Shown here piece after piece: positions 47,500 through 56,857 of a stretch of DNA of 64,000 bases. The translations under genes and the position numbers were made by a program. The stretch lies in NCBI GenBank assembly GCA_964399865.1, contig CAYNRJ010000002.1, positions 161,108 through 225,107 on the forward strand, in the 5' to 3' direction. How positions within the stretch are numbered: the first letter of the stretch is position 1; every line of letters starts with the position of its first letter. The notes beneath the pieces are model-generated. The model had not been told where the DNA came from and made no database searches. It worked only from the letters and a program-made list of their open reading frames with translations. The DNA comes from an uncultured Candidatus Saccharibacteria bacterium (GTDB lineage Bacteria > Patescibacteriota > Minisyncoccia > Phycocordibacterales > UBA2100).

Positions 47500-48285
47500 A
47501 TGGCCCTCTTTACCTTCGTCAGTTCGTTTCTCGAAAAACGCAAAGGCCTCAAAGAGTATCAAGAATTACTCAATCGTTTCTTGAGCGATGGCGTTCTCTC
47601 AGACGATGAAAAACGACAGCTCAAAGATATGCAGACACAATTTGAGCTGTCCGACGATGACGTGCGAAAACTGCAGCAAATCGGTGCTTCAAATGCATTC
47701 AAACAAATCGCATCCGATGAGCGCATTACCGAAGACGAGAAAAAGTCGCTTGAGGCGATCGTTACTCACTTCGGGCTCGACTTTAAAGACATCTCGTTCG
47801 ATCAAAAAGCCTTTAACAAGTACTATACCCTCGCTCTCATCGAACAAGGCATTCTGCCCACCATCAAGGAAGGTAATCACGATCTCAATATCCTATTCAA
47901 AGACGGAGAGATTTTGCACTACGGTCAGTCCGCGACGCTTCGCAAACTCAAACGGGTCACCACGCGCGTCAATTACGGTGGTTTTACCGCCTCCATCAAA
48001 ATCACCAAGGGCGTACGATATCGCGCAGGAACTATCGGTGTTGGAGCACAAACAACGGAGACCCTCGCAGAAGAGGACACCGGCGGCTTCTACCTCACCA
48101 ATCAACGTGTCGGATACATCGGTAGCCGCAAGCATTTCTCACTGCCGTACAGTAAGATAGGTTCGTTCGAGCTGCGTTCCGAAGGTCTCTATATCTTCAA
48201 GGACGGCAAAGAAGTCCCGTACATTCTCACCATGGACGATTACGAAGTGCCGCTTGCCATCGTCTCCCATATCCTCAACGACTAG
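47500..48285 (+). CDS. hypothetical protein with a bacterial PH-like (bPH_2/YdbT-like) C-terminal domain
   Basis: GFYLTNQRVGYIG...FSLPYSKIGSFEL resembles the bPH_2 motif. Confidence 0.45.
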   Translation: MALFTFVSSFLEKRKGLKEYQELLNRFLSDGVLSDDEKRQLKDMQTQFELSDDDVRKLQQIGASNAFKQIASDERITEDEKKSLEAIVTHFGLDFKDISFDQKAFNKYYTLALIEQGILPTIKEGNHDLNILFKDGEILHYGQSATLRKLKRVTTRVNYGGFTASIKITKGVRYRAGTIGVGAQTTETLAEEDTGGFYLTNQRVGYIGSRKHFSLPYSKIGSFELRSEGLYIFKDGKEVPYILTMDDYEVPLAIVSHILND

Positions 48286-48478
48286 TCCGACGTCTTTTGC
48301 TTTTCTTCCTAAATGGCAGTGACGGTTGGTTATGGTGTTTGGCAGACGCTTTTTCTATTTTCCGCAGCAGCTGTATGCACACGCCCAGGAGTCTCTGAAC
48401 GTATTTAATGTTCTCAATGTCCTCTGGGCGCATCACCCAAGGGATGACACAGAGGTCCGAATATGCCGAGTTGGCAAC

Positions 48479-49972
48479 TTAAAAGCGAGTATCCATCCGC
48501 AACGGATGCCAACTCTCGCCATCATCCCATCTGTTTGGACTGAGATCGATGACCAAAAATTGTGGTGCGCCTCGGTCGAATTGAATTGCGTGGTGAGCGA
48601 CGAGCGTGAACGCATCAACGAGGTCGTCGTGTCGTTCAACACCAAAGCCGACAATTTGGCGTATTAGTGCCTCTGCACCATGCCTTGGAAACTTGATCTT
48701 CCCGCTCTGGATCATCGCTGAGATAGAGATGAGGCGCGAGCGTTTGTCAGCGCTCACTTTGATGCCCTCCACGTTTAGAGCGTCATGTGTCAATTGGTCG
48801 ACTACCGCTTTTTGATACCCAACTTCTTCAACTAGAATATGTGAGGAGTATATTTTCTTGTTTGCGTCGCTGATATCTTTAATCTGTTTTATCGTCTCCG
48901 GAAAATTCATGCGCTTGTTGATGATGTTGGGAAGGATGTAGACGCAGAAATTTTCATCATGGCTAATGAGCGCACTCACCATCGCGGTATAGTCAGCGGT
49001 TTCCTTTTGAGAGATTGCCAGATCAACACCGGTGAATATGCCGTGATAGGTATCTCGCCGCTGGGGGAGCGCATCGTAGTAGTGGATCCATGTTTTCTGT
49101 ATAACCTGATCTTCGTCGGGGACGATTCGTAGGAGATACTCTCGTTGCCAGGCATACTCGTTGCCACTTTTCATTTTCTCCTCGGCGATAGCTTCCTGCG
49201 TAGGGTACTTACCTGGCCAGGCAACAGCACCTTCGGTCGTTAACAGTGGGAACATTTTGAAGATTCCATTACGCTGCCCCTCATCGATATCTCGCCGTAG
49301 CCGCATGACCAAAGAATCTTCGTGTAGAAGATTGCCCACCACTACAAACCGGGTACCGCGATCACCGAGTGGCATCACTTCGCCGCAAAGCCAGTTATAT
49401 ATCTTTTGCCGATTCTCGTACGTTTTGACCGACGCCATATCCTCAAGGTCGTCACAGATAATGAGGTCGGGACGGTGCTGGTTGTGGCGAAGACCACGAA
49501 TACTTTGCTCAGTCGAGACCGCCATGATTTTTGCTTTCAGTTGCGGAAACACTAAAGCCGAAGCACCCCACTCACCGTTTTCTTCTTGAAAGGGTCCGAG
49601 GTCGTTGCGTAGCAAACTATTGCTCTCTAATTCGCGCTTCAAGTTAATGAGGTGTTGCTTGGCTTGAGTCTGCGTTTGGCAGATGATAAGCACGAATTTC
49701 TTTTGTTGCACGCCGAGCATGGCCCAGAGGGAGTATGAAAAGGTAACAAGGGTTGATTTACCGGAACCGCGAAAAGCGACAATGACCACGAGCTTGTTCG
49801 CACTATCTTCGGTAATGCGAAATATGTCCTTTTGGAATTCAGCTATGGGATACGTGACGTAGTGGGAGAAATACACGTAAAAGAACATGAGATGACTCTC
49901 GCGGGTCACCGTGCGTCTCACTAAACGATCCCGTGCGATCGCCTCGAATGTTACGGTATCATTCGTTTCCAT
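48479..49972 (-). CDS. terL: phage terminase large subunit
   Basis: Walker A AFRGSGKST, LIICDDLEDM Walker B-like ATPase core and a C-terminal RNase H-like nuclease. Confidence 0.85.
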   Translation of the reverse strand: METNDTVTFEAIARDRLVRRTVTRESHLMFFYVYFSHYVTYPIAEFQKDIFRITEDSANKLVVIVAFRGSGKSTLVTFSYSLWAMLGVQQKKFVLIICQTQTQAKQHLINLKRELESNSLLRNDLGPFQEENGEWGASALVFPQLKAKIMAVSTEQSIRGLRHNQHRPDLIICDDLEDMASVKTYENRQKIYNWLCGEVMPLGDRGTRFVVVGNLLHEDSLVMRLRRDIDEGQRNGIFKMFPLLTTEGAVAWPGKYPTQEAIAEEKMKSGNEYAWQREYLLRIVPDEDQVIQKTWIHYYDALPQRRDTYHGIFTGVDLAISQKETADYTAMVSALISHDENFCVYILPNIINKRMNFPETIKQIKDISDANKKIYSSHILVEEVGYQKAVVDQLTHDALNVEGIKVSADKRSRLISISAMIQSGKIKFPRHGAEALIRQIVGFGVERHDDLVDAFTLVAHHAIQFDRGAPQFLVIDLSPNRWDDGESWHPLRMDTRF

Positions 49973-50357
49973 GGCTTTTGAGATTTACATCTGCAAGCTC
50001 CAGTGCCTTTCGCACTAGTTCTTTCTGTTCCGGCGAGAGTTCCTGAATCGTATTAACGGTACCCTCGATTTCGACCCGCGTTTTATATGACGGGTGGTGA
50101 TGTTTGAGCCAGTACATGATCGCGGCAAAGTTCCTGTCCTTGACTGCGCCAATGAGCTGGCTTTCTGCTAAGTCGTTTACAAGGAGTCGACCATCAAAAA
50201 TGGCTTCATCTATTTTCTTGGCGAAATCTCCATCTTCATTTTTCCATCGATAGAAGGTCCAGCGGCTGATACCGAGTTTTTCACACGCAATCTGCACGAT
50301 TGGCGTTTTCTTTAGTTGCTCGAGCAATGCCTCTTTTGTCTGTTCTGTCTTTTTCAT
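49959..50357 (-). CDS. terminase small subunit-like HTH protein
   Basis: IACEKLGISRWTFYRWK helix-turn-helix. Immediately upstream of and overlapping terL. Start taken at MKKTEQTKEAL. Confidence 0.55.
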   Translation of the reverse strand: MKKTEQTKEALLEQLKKTPIVQIACEKLGISRWTFYRWKNEDGDFAKKIDEAIFDGRLLVNDLAESQLIGAVKDRNFAAIMYWLKHHHPSYKTRVEIEGTVNTIQELSPEQKELVRKALELADVNLKSHGNE

Positions 50358-51118
50358 ATGCGCTTCGCTTTCTTGCCCGTCATTTTTTCCCAACGCTTGA
50401 TGATGGTCTGGCAGTACTCGGAGTCGAGTTCGATACCGAAACAACGGCGTTTGGTCTGCTCGCACGCCAAGAGGGTCGTGCCGCTCCCAAGGAAGCCGTC
50501 AAAGATTACGTCGCCCATACTAGTGCTGTTGAAAACAAGTCGTCGTACGAGTCCGATTGGTTTGGTGGTCGGATGCAATTTGCTCTTGTTGGGGCGTGGG
50601 TAAAAGAGTACTGATTTATCTTTGGAACGGCGGAAATGATGCGTGCCATACCAGCCATACACGATGAGTTCGTGCTGTGGGGCGTAGTCCAATCTGCCGA
50701 TGACCGACTGCTGCTTTACCCACACAAGTAGCTGTGCAATCTTGAATCCGCTGTCAGCCATGCCGTCGCGCAACGACCACACCATCTTGTCGGCGTTGAA
50801 GATGTATGCGCTGTTTTTCTTGGCGAGGTATGGCACCAACGCCTTCAACCACTCCTTGCTGAATTGGCGGTACTCGTCATCCGATTGCAACTGGTCGCCA
50901 ACGATGTCCTTGTCTTTGGTGAGCGTGCGAAAGTTGCGTTTGGATTCGGCAACCGCAACCCCATATGGAGGATCGGTGCAGAGCACATTGACGCGCTCAT
51001 CGCCAAGCAACTTCTTGAGAAGCTTCGCATCGCGACAATCTCCTTGCGCGAGTCTATGCTCTCCGAGCTGCCAGATACTAGCGGAGCTTTTTTGATTTTT
51101 GTCTGGTGAGTTTTTCAT
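50354..51118 (-). CDS. DNA methyltransferase (N6-adenine/N4-cytosine, beta class)
   Basis: Motif IV DPPYG precedes motif I FDGFLGSGTT. Confidence 0.9.
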   Translation of the reverse strand: MKNSPDKNQKSSASIWQLGEHRLAQGDCRDAKLLKKLLGDERVNVLCTDPPYGVAVAESKRNFRTLTKDKDIVGDQLQSDDEYRQFSKEWLKALVPYLAKKNSAYIFNADKMVWSLRDGMADSGFKIAQLLVWVKQQSVIGRLDYAPQHELIVYGWYGTHHFRRSKDKSVLFYPRPNKSKLHPTTKPIGLVRRLVFNSTSMGDVIFDGFLGSGTTLLACEQTKRRCFGIELDSEYCQTIIKRWEKMTGKKAKRI

Positions 51119-52355
51119 AGCGGCGTATTACCAAGTCAACGAATATCGGCTCGCGTTCGACCAAGTACGCAGAGCGCTTGAGCTGTTCACATGCCACGAG
51201 CAAGCTGCCCGAGCCACCAAAACAGTCGAGAATGATGTCGCCGGGCTTTGTGCAGCGTCGCAGAGCTTTCTCATGGAGCATCGGCGGCTTCTCGGTGGGG
51301 TGCTGGTAGTCGGTGCCGTTGAGGCGTTTGACCATCCAAATGTCGATCATGTCGTAGATGTCCTCCAGCGTGCGGTTGCCAGTACCGATCTCTTTGTTGA
51401 ACACCTCAGACAAATTCAATACTTTCTCACTCAAGTACGGCCTACCGACCGTGCCGTACACGCACGGCTCGTATTGCTTGTTGAAAGCGACTTGTGGTGT
51501 AGGTGTTGAGTTGTTCTTTACCCACAAGCACACACGCTTGTTGGCGATGCCGAGTTCGGCATACAGCGTCTGCAAGAGCCATATGTACTTCTGATCACAG
51601 TACGTGAATACGTGCGCGTCCTTGTCGAGAACCGACAGCGCATTCTCAAGCGCCATCTTGAGGAACTTTTTGTATTCATTGTCCGGCTTCGCGTCATCGA
51701 CCGTGCCGCCGTAGTTACGCTTGCCGCCGATGCCTTTGTTGTAGTCGAGCGAAATATTGTATGGAGGATCTTGGAGAATGGACTGTGCTTTCTTACCGCC
51801 CATCAATTTATTGAGCACGTCAGGATCGGTGCTATCGCCGCAGATAATGCGGTGCGTGCCGAGTTGGTACAGTTCGCCCAACTTGGATTTCGGCTTTTTG
51901 ATTTTCTCCAGCTCCTTCTCGATATCAAACTCATCGTCCTCGACCTCGAGATCATCGAAGATGTGTGCCATATCGGTGTCGTCGAAGCCGCTTACAAGGA
52001 GCGTATCGATGTCGAAGTTGTCCGCGAGTGCTTGCCAGTCCCAATCGCCATGGATGCGGTTGCTTCCAAGGAGATACTGGTCGTATTCCTTTTGTGTCAG
52101 CTTGCGGTTTGGCACGCGCACGGGAATGCTCTCGTGCTCGCGTCCCAAGAGCTTGAGCACCATGAGACGTTGGTGACCGGCGATCACGGTGTTGTCGGCA
52201 TCGACGACCGGCAATTCGACGAGGTCAAACTTTTTGAGTGAGCGCTTCAAGTCCTCGATCTGCTTCGGCGACATCGTGCGCGGATTTTTTATGTTGGGCA
52301 CGAGGTCGCTAATCTTGCATTCGGCCGTGTGCCATTGAAGTCTTTGCTGTGCCAT
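51078..52355 (-). CDS. ParB-like nuclease N-terminal domain fused to a DNA methyltransferase
   Basis: N-terminal ParB/Srx fold (PVVDADNTVIAGHQRLMVLK). Then DPPYN and DCFGGSGS methyltransferase motifs. Confidence 0.88.
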   Translation of the reverse strand: MAQQRLQWHTAECKISDLVPNIKNPRTMSPKQIEDLKRSLKKFDLVELPVVDADNTVIAGHQRLMVLKLLGREHESIPVRVPNRKLTQKEYDQYLLGSNRIHGDWDWQALADNFDIDTLLVSGFDDTDMAHIFDDLEVEDDEFDIEKELEKIKKPKSKLGELYQLGTHRIICGDSTDPDVLNKLMGGKKAQSILQDPPYNISLDYNKGIGGKRNYGGTVDDAKPDNEYKKFLKMALENALSVLDKDAHVFTYCDQKYIWLLQTLYAELGIANKRVCLWVKNNSTPTPQVAFNKQYEPCVYGTVGRPYLSEKVLNLSEVFNKEIGTGNRTLEDIYDMIDIWMVKRLNGTDYQHPTEKPPMLHEKALRRCTKPGDIILDCFGGSGSLLVACEQLKRSAYLVEREPIFVDLVIRRYEKLTRQKSKKLR

Positions 52356-52439
52356 ATATCTCTATCTGCAGAGATTTCAGCGGCAACAATAAAATGGCTC
52401 TACGCATAGCGTGAGATGCTGAGAAAATCAGAAAACGCC

Positions 52440-52470
52440 CGCTGAGATTTCAGCGGTTGCAACAATGAGT
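52440..52470 (-). terminator. rho-independent terminator (minus strand)
   Basis: Minus-strand ccgctga-aatc-tcagcgg followed by gcgttttctgatttt. Confidence 0.45.
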
Positions 52471-52477
52471 ACTCCTC

Positions 52478-53299
52478 TCAGTTCTCTTCAGAATCTTCTT
52501 CTTGGATCGCATTATCAAGCAATCTACCTCCTGAGCGATGGAGCTCACCACCACCGCGCAGAATGGATTCTGATCTGAGCTTGCACTTGAGCTGGTAGCC
52601 GCAGTGGGGGTCGTAGAAATTGAAGGGACTGTCGGCAATCCCGAGCGCTGACGAAAGTTTTTGTGCTAGTGCCTGTTTGTTTTTCTGGAGTGCTGCTTTT
52701 GTTATGTTAAGTGAGCGGGACAAATTCTCCGTCGTCGGTACCATCATCTTTTTCTGCTCTGCGATAATGGATAGCTGGAGGAGAAGACCCCATTGCTTAT
52801 CTGGTTTACGGTCGCGCGTATTCTTGCGCGCAAAGCCGAGATCCGAATAATCGCAGTCTCGCATTCGGTTTCCTTTATAGAAGACCGAGAGCGTATAGAG
52901 ATCCTTGAAGCGTAATTCAAGATGTTCCCATCGTGTATCACTCGGCAACTCAACTACAGCGCGTTTCGATTCGATAATTTCAAGATCTCGAGGGATTGGT
53001 GATACTGCCCATTCTGGCCGGGAAGGAATAGTAAGTGGTGTGGCAGCTGCTTTCATGGCGATGTCGAACCGCGACATATCTTCCACGGCAGCCTGCATCA
53101 TTCGGTGAAATCGCGTTAGCGATTCCAATGCAGGAGCCATGGATAGCATCATGCGTTTTTGAGATTCGTGCAAATTAGCTAGTGTTTGTGCATATGGCGC
53201 TATCATACGGGCGGCATACGTGGCATATCGTTCAGCATCGTGCTGAGCGTTTGTGAACAGTGAAAGTGTATTGGATCTGAGCACGGGGAAGGTCGACAT
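52478..53299 (-). CDS. hypothetical protein (273 aa), divergent from the repressor gene
   Basis: ORF only. No family recognised. Confidence 0.45.
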   Translation of the reverse strand: MSTFPVLRSNTLSLFTNAQHDAERYATYAARMIAPYAQTLANLHESQKRMMLSMAPALESLTRFHRMMQAAVEDMSRFDIAMKAAATPLTIPSRPEWAVSPIPRDLEIIESKRAVVELPSDTRWEHLELRFKDLYTLSVFYKGNRMRDCDYSDLGFARKNTRDRKPDKQWGLLLQLSIIAEQKKMMVPTTENLSRSLNITKAALQKNKQALAQKLSSALGIADSPFNFYDPHCGYQLKCKLRSESILRGGGELHRSGGRLLDNAIQEEDSEEN

Positions 53300-53321
53300 G
53301 CTTCCATTCTAACACTAGTTG

Positions 53322-53348
53322 ACAGTTGTGGACAAGGGTGTATCATTT
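53322..53348 (+). promoter_or_regulatory. sigma70-type promoter TTGACA-N16-TATCAT
   Basis: ttgacagttgtggacaagggtgtatcat ends 6 nt before the ATG at 53354. Confidence 0.5.
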
Positions 53349-53353
53349 CTCGT

Positions 53354-53971
53354 ATGAACCGGACCACAAAGAAGGACTTAGAAGGCTACGCTCTTATACG
53401 CAATCAGATCATGCATACCGGTGTTACGCCCTCCCTGCGTGAGATTGGGAGGGCTATTGGATACGTATCACCGCGCTCTGTACAGCTCATGTTGAAGCGA
53501 CTCCAAGTTCGAGGGCTTCTTTTGTATGAGGGGGGCGTTATTAAGCTTTCCTCGAAGAAAACCCCAACGATGTCGGAGCAGACAGTGAATGTTCCGTTGG
53601 TTGGTTCGGTTGCGTGCGGCCTACCGTCGCTTGCAGAGCAAGATGTTGAGGCGCTTATCCCGATTTCAACGCGCATTGCACGGCCCGGGCATACATACTT
53701 TCTGCTTCGTGCTGTCGGAACATCGATGAACAAGTCGGGCATCAATGATGGTGACCTGGCGCTAGTGCGTCAGCAGCCGAGCGCCAGCGACGGAGAGAAA
53801 GTAGTGGCCCTCATCAACGACGAGGCGACGATCAAACATCTCCATCACGAGGAGGGGGTGATTGTGCTCAAGCCGAACTCTACGGATCCGGCGCACAAGC
53901 CGATAGTTCTTTCAGACGAATTTATTATTCAGGGAGTTGTTACCGCAACACTCCCTGCCAATCTCTATTAG
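53354..53971 (+). CDS. LexA/CI-like repressor with an S24 peptidase domain
   Basis: N-terminal winged HTH. C-terminal S24 VGSVACGLP...AVGTSMNKSGINDGDLALV (Ser-Lys dyad). Confidence 0.85.
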   Translation: MNRTTKKDLEGYALIRNQIMHTGVTPSLREIGRAIGYVSPRSVQLMLKRLQVRGLLLYEGGVIKLSSKKTPTMSEQTVNVPLVGSVACGLPSLAEQDVEALIPISTRIARPGHTYFLLRAVGTSMNKSGINDGDLALVRQQPSASDGEKVVALINDEATIKHLHHEEGVIVLKPNSTDPAHKPIVLSDEFIIQGVVTATLPANLY

Positions 53972-53973
53972 GT

Positions 53974-54201
53974 ATGGCAAAAAACATACACACCGTTTAT
54001 AACTCCGACCGCGAACGCTGGGAGAATAAGGCCGAAGGCAAAAGCGACCCGCTCTCAACGCATCGTACAAAAGAGAATGCGCTCAATGCGGGCGAGAAGA
54101 TCGCCGAGACAAAACACGTTGAGCATTTTATTCACGGCAAGGATGGCAAGATCCAAGAGCGTAACAGCTACGGCAACGATCCGTTCCCACCGCGTGGGTA
54201 A
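53974..54201 (+). CDS. DUF2188-family small protein
   Basis: HGKDGKIQERNSYGNDPFPPRG matches the conserved C-terminus of DUF2188. Confidence 0.6.
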   Translation: MAKNIHTVYNSDRERWENKAEGKSDPLSTHRTKENALNAGEKIAETKHVEHFIHGKDGKIQERNSYGNDPFPPRG

Positions 54202-54222
54202 TTATTATTTAAATTCAAAAAT

Positions 54223-54669
54223 ATGGACACAGTCTTTGTTAGTTTTGATTATACGAATGATAAGCACTACAAGTACCTCCTTGAGGCGTGGCACGCCAAT
54301 CCAAAATTCCAGTTTGTTTTTGATGACGGTACGCCAACCGAGATCGACAGCACCAATGTAGGGCGCATCAAAGCTGCACTCACTTCAAAAATAAAGGAGG
54401 CGACTCACACATTGGTTATCGTTGGCAAGCAAGCTAATCAGCGACATTGGAAGAGCGACCTCATTGGTTACAAGAATTGGATTAACTTTGAGGTAAACCG
54501 AAGTATCCAAGAAGGCAAGCGACTTGCTGTTGTGCGTCTTGAACGCTCGTATGATCTGCCCGAAGAACTATCTGGAGGTCAGTATTCATTGGTTGAGGGA
54601 TTCAGCGAGACGAATGTTATGCAGGCGCTGAATACTGCTCCGTACCAACGAGTAACTCGTTATGCCTGA
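54223..54669 (+). CDS. TIR-like domain protein (DUF1863 / MTH538-type, ThsB-like)
   Basis: N-terminus VFVSFDYTNDKHYKYLLEAW and TLVIVGKQANQRHW...NFEVNRS resemble the DUF1863 TIR-like consensus (VFISF.Y..D...). Confidence 0.6.
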   Translation: MDTVFVSFDYTNDKHYKYLLEAWHANPKFQFVFDDGTPTEIDSTNVGRIKAALTSKIKEATHTLVIVGKQANQRHWKSDLIGYKNWINFEVNRSIQEGKRLAVVRLERSYDLPEELSGGQYSLVEGFSETNVMQALNTAPYQRVTRYA

Positions 54670-55258
54670 TTCTGTTTCAATTCTCTACGATCACTACAAA
54701 GACACTTGCGCGATAGTCGGCGAGGCGGTAAAGCGGCGTGATCGTGCCATGTTGCTTGTAATCATTGCAGCGGCATTTTTCGCCTTTCAAACAATATTCC
54801 CGAGCGCAGCTGATCTTGCGGTGACCGATTATCTCGGTTTTAAATTCGGACTGACACTCGGGATTAACCTATCTATCATTGGTAATGTGGTCTGGGTGCT
54901 TATTCTTTTGTTTACTTTGCGATACTTTCAAACCGCCGTGTTTGTCGAGCGACAATACGCATATCTCCATCAACTTGAAGATAAGCTAAACGTTGCGATC
55001 GGTCAGGACCTAATCACTCGCGAGGGAAAATCGTATCTTGCTGACTATCCGCGGTTCTCAGATTGGATGTGGATGATCTACACGATCATATTTCCAGCGC
55101 TTTTATTTTTTGTAACCTGCGTCAAGATAGCTGCAGAATGGCTCAGCACATCTGGCGAGGGGGTTACCTTTGGGTTGCTTGTTAATACCGGAATATTCAT
55201 ACTGCTTGCTGTTTCAATCGGACTATACCTTGGCATGTTGCACTTCAAGAAAAAGTGA
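54662..55258 (+). CDS. 4-TM membrane protein, candidate effector
   Basis: Four predicted TM helices. Start overlaps the stop of the TIR-like gene by 8 nt, implying translational coupling. Confidence 0.55.
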   Translation: MPDSVSILYDHYKDTCAIVGEAVKRRDRAMLLVIIAAAFFAFQTIFPSAADLAVTDYLGFKFGLTLGINLSIIGNVVWVLILLFTLRYFQTAVFVERQYAYLHQLEDKLNVAIGQDLITREGKSYLADYPRFSDWMWMIYTIIFPALLFFVTCVKIAAEWLSTSGEGVTFGLLVNTGIFILLAVSIGLYLGMLHFKKK

Positions 55259-55810
55259 CAGAGCAGAAGTTCAAAATAGTGTCACTTTTGTCACTTTTTG
55301 CACCCTACACAGGCCCGACTGAGACGCCTCAATTTGGTACACTGAAAGTTCTCGAAGAACCCTTACACGGCCTCAACTTGTGGGGTTCCAGACTGAGTCA
55401 GTCAGCAAAATGAGCACCGCGAATTTTGCGGCGGGACTTGGATTGGGAGAGGGTCGGAGAACGGGAGTTCTCCGTGGAGGAAGGAATGGGAAAACCGTGG
55501 CGTTTCCCAGGAGTCCTTGTCCCGCGACCCTGTTTTTTTGCAAGCCTTTACAGTAGATGAAGACGTTGTACTGTTCTGCGTATATGAACAGCAATTTTTT
55601 ATATACTCTGTTGGCTGTCGTTGTAATGGGGTTAGCGTTCGCTTTTTATTGGTACTCCTATAGACCAGAGCAGATCAGGAAAAATTGCTATCAAGCGGTC
55701 CTTCAAACATCTGATTTTGACCTAAACTACCGAAGTTGTTTGCGAGACCACGGCCTAGATAAATAAACAAAAAGGGAGCATGAAATTAGGTCCAATTCAA
55801 TTCGCGATAC

Positions 55811-56851
55811 ATGGTAACTCATGAACAGGCAGCAATTTGGGGGAATTTCTGGCAGATATTCCACCTGTCTAAAATGCTTATCTCCGATTACGAAAATATT
55901 CCCACGAAACAAGAACTGTTAAAAAATCTCCCCCAAATTGAAACGGCATATATAGATTCAATTATTGTTCACGTAGCAAAAATTTTTACACGCTCTGATA
56001 ACGAGCCGTTTAGTTTGGCGAAGTTTAAGACACTTTGTCGTGATGAAATCAGAAAAGAAATTGAAGGAGTAGAGGGTGAGTACAAAGATATCATTGGTAA
56101 GATAATTACAAACAGAAACAGGCTTATTGCGCATCTCGATAAAACGTTCTATGAACTTTATTTTTCGAAAAGCGAAATAGAAAGAATGGAACAAGCAATG
56201 AGCACAGGGATGGGGATGAGTTTAAACGACGCAAAGAGTATATACGCCTCAATGCCCCGAACCGCAGACAAAAGCAAAGAACGGTATTCTTTTGGCGACT
56301 TTAGAGAAGATTTCCCACGTATAAAGGCGATGATAGATAAGCTCGAAGATATTTGGGGTAGATCAATGCCATTTGTGGAATCGGGAGTCCGAGCGACAGA
56401 AAGAAATGCCTCTGCCTTTTTATCGCTTTCATTACGTTTTGCTAAAGAGTATCTCAAACAATTAAAGGCCTTGAGGAAGATACATGGAGAAGCTGAGATT
56501 CAAGAATTAAATGAACTAACTGTTCATCATAGAGCACTCTGGACAGCACTTATAGTTGAAATTAGGAAATTGTTCGGTGCATCTTTCAAAGGGTACAAAA
56601 ATTATTCTTTAAGAGAAATTGATTTCTTTAAAAATGAACCTCATAAAACAAAAATTGATACTGTGTATGGCAATCATATAATTCAAAGAATTTTGAAAAC
56701 AAGTAATAATTTTACTGTTCACCTCAGTCAAGAGCAGGAGGTTCCGTTAGATATAGTGCAAATTTGTAATTCCAATCTTGAGGATTTACTTACTCAACTT
56801 CAAGAGCCAATGGAAGCTTTTAGAAACACTCTCGAGCCTGAGGGAGTTTGA
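55811..56851 (+). CDS. hypothetical Abi/HEPN-like protein (Rx4-6H motif)
   Basis: NRNRLIAHLD contains the R-x5-H HEPN-type motif. AT-rich gene composition. Confidence 0.35.
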   Translation: MVTHEQAAIWGNFWQIFHLSKMLISDYENIPTKQELLKNLPQIETAYIDSIIVHVAKIFTRSDNEPFSLAKFKTLCRDEIRKEIEGVEGEYKDIIGKIITNRNRLIAHLDKTFYELYFSKSEIERMEQAMSTGMGMSLNDAKSIYASMPRTADKSKERYSFGDFREDFPRIKAMIDKLEDIWGRSMPFVESGVRATERNASAFLSLSLRFAKEYLKQLKALRKIHGEAEIQELNELTVHHRALWTALIVEIRKLFGASFKGYKNYSLREIDFFKNEPHKTKIDTVYGNHIIQRILKTSNNFTVHLSQEQEVPLDIVQICNSNLEDLLTQLQEPMEAFRNTLEPEGV

Positions 56852-56857
56852 AAAGTT

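Larger units (their letters stand above)
33538..53971. mobile_element. putative integrated element (prophage remnant or satellite-like) next to tRNA-Gln
   Basis: Spans tRNA-Gln and the adjacent serine recombinase through the terminase small and large subunits, two DNA MTases and an S24 repressor. No capsid, portal or tail genes. Carries copper-resistance and Dsb cargo. Boundaries are not determined. Confidence 0.4.

Noticed and set aside
48326-48667. 113-aa + strand ORF
   Set aside because: It overlaps the 3' end of the terminase large subunit by ~190 nt and has no start context or family.
55373-55594. tRNA-Gln 3'-end duplication as attR near 55510 (gtccttgtcccgcgacc versus caagtcccgcagcc)
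   Set aside because: Only ~11/15 nt match, and serine recombinases do not require long att duplications. The local hairpins (ggagaac/gttctcc, gggaaa/tttccc) are noted but the attR call is not supported.
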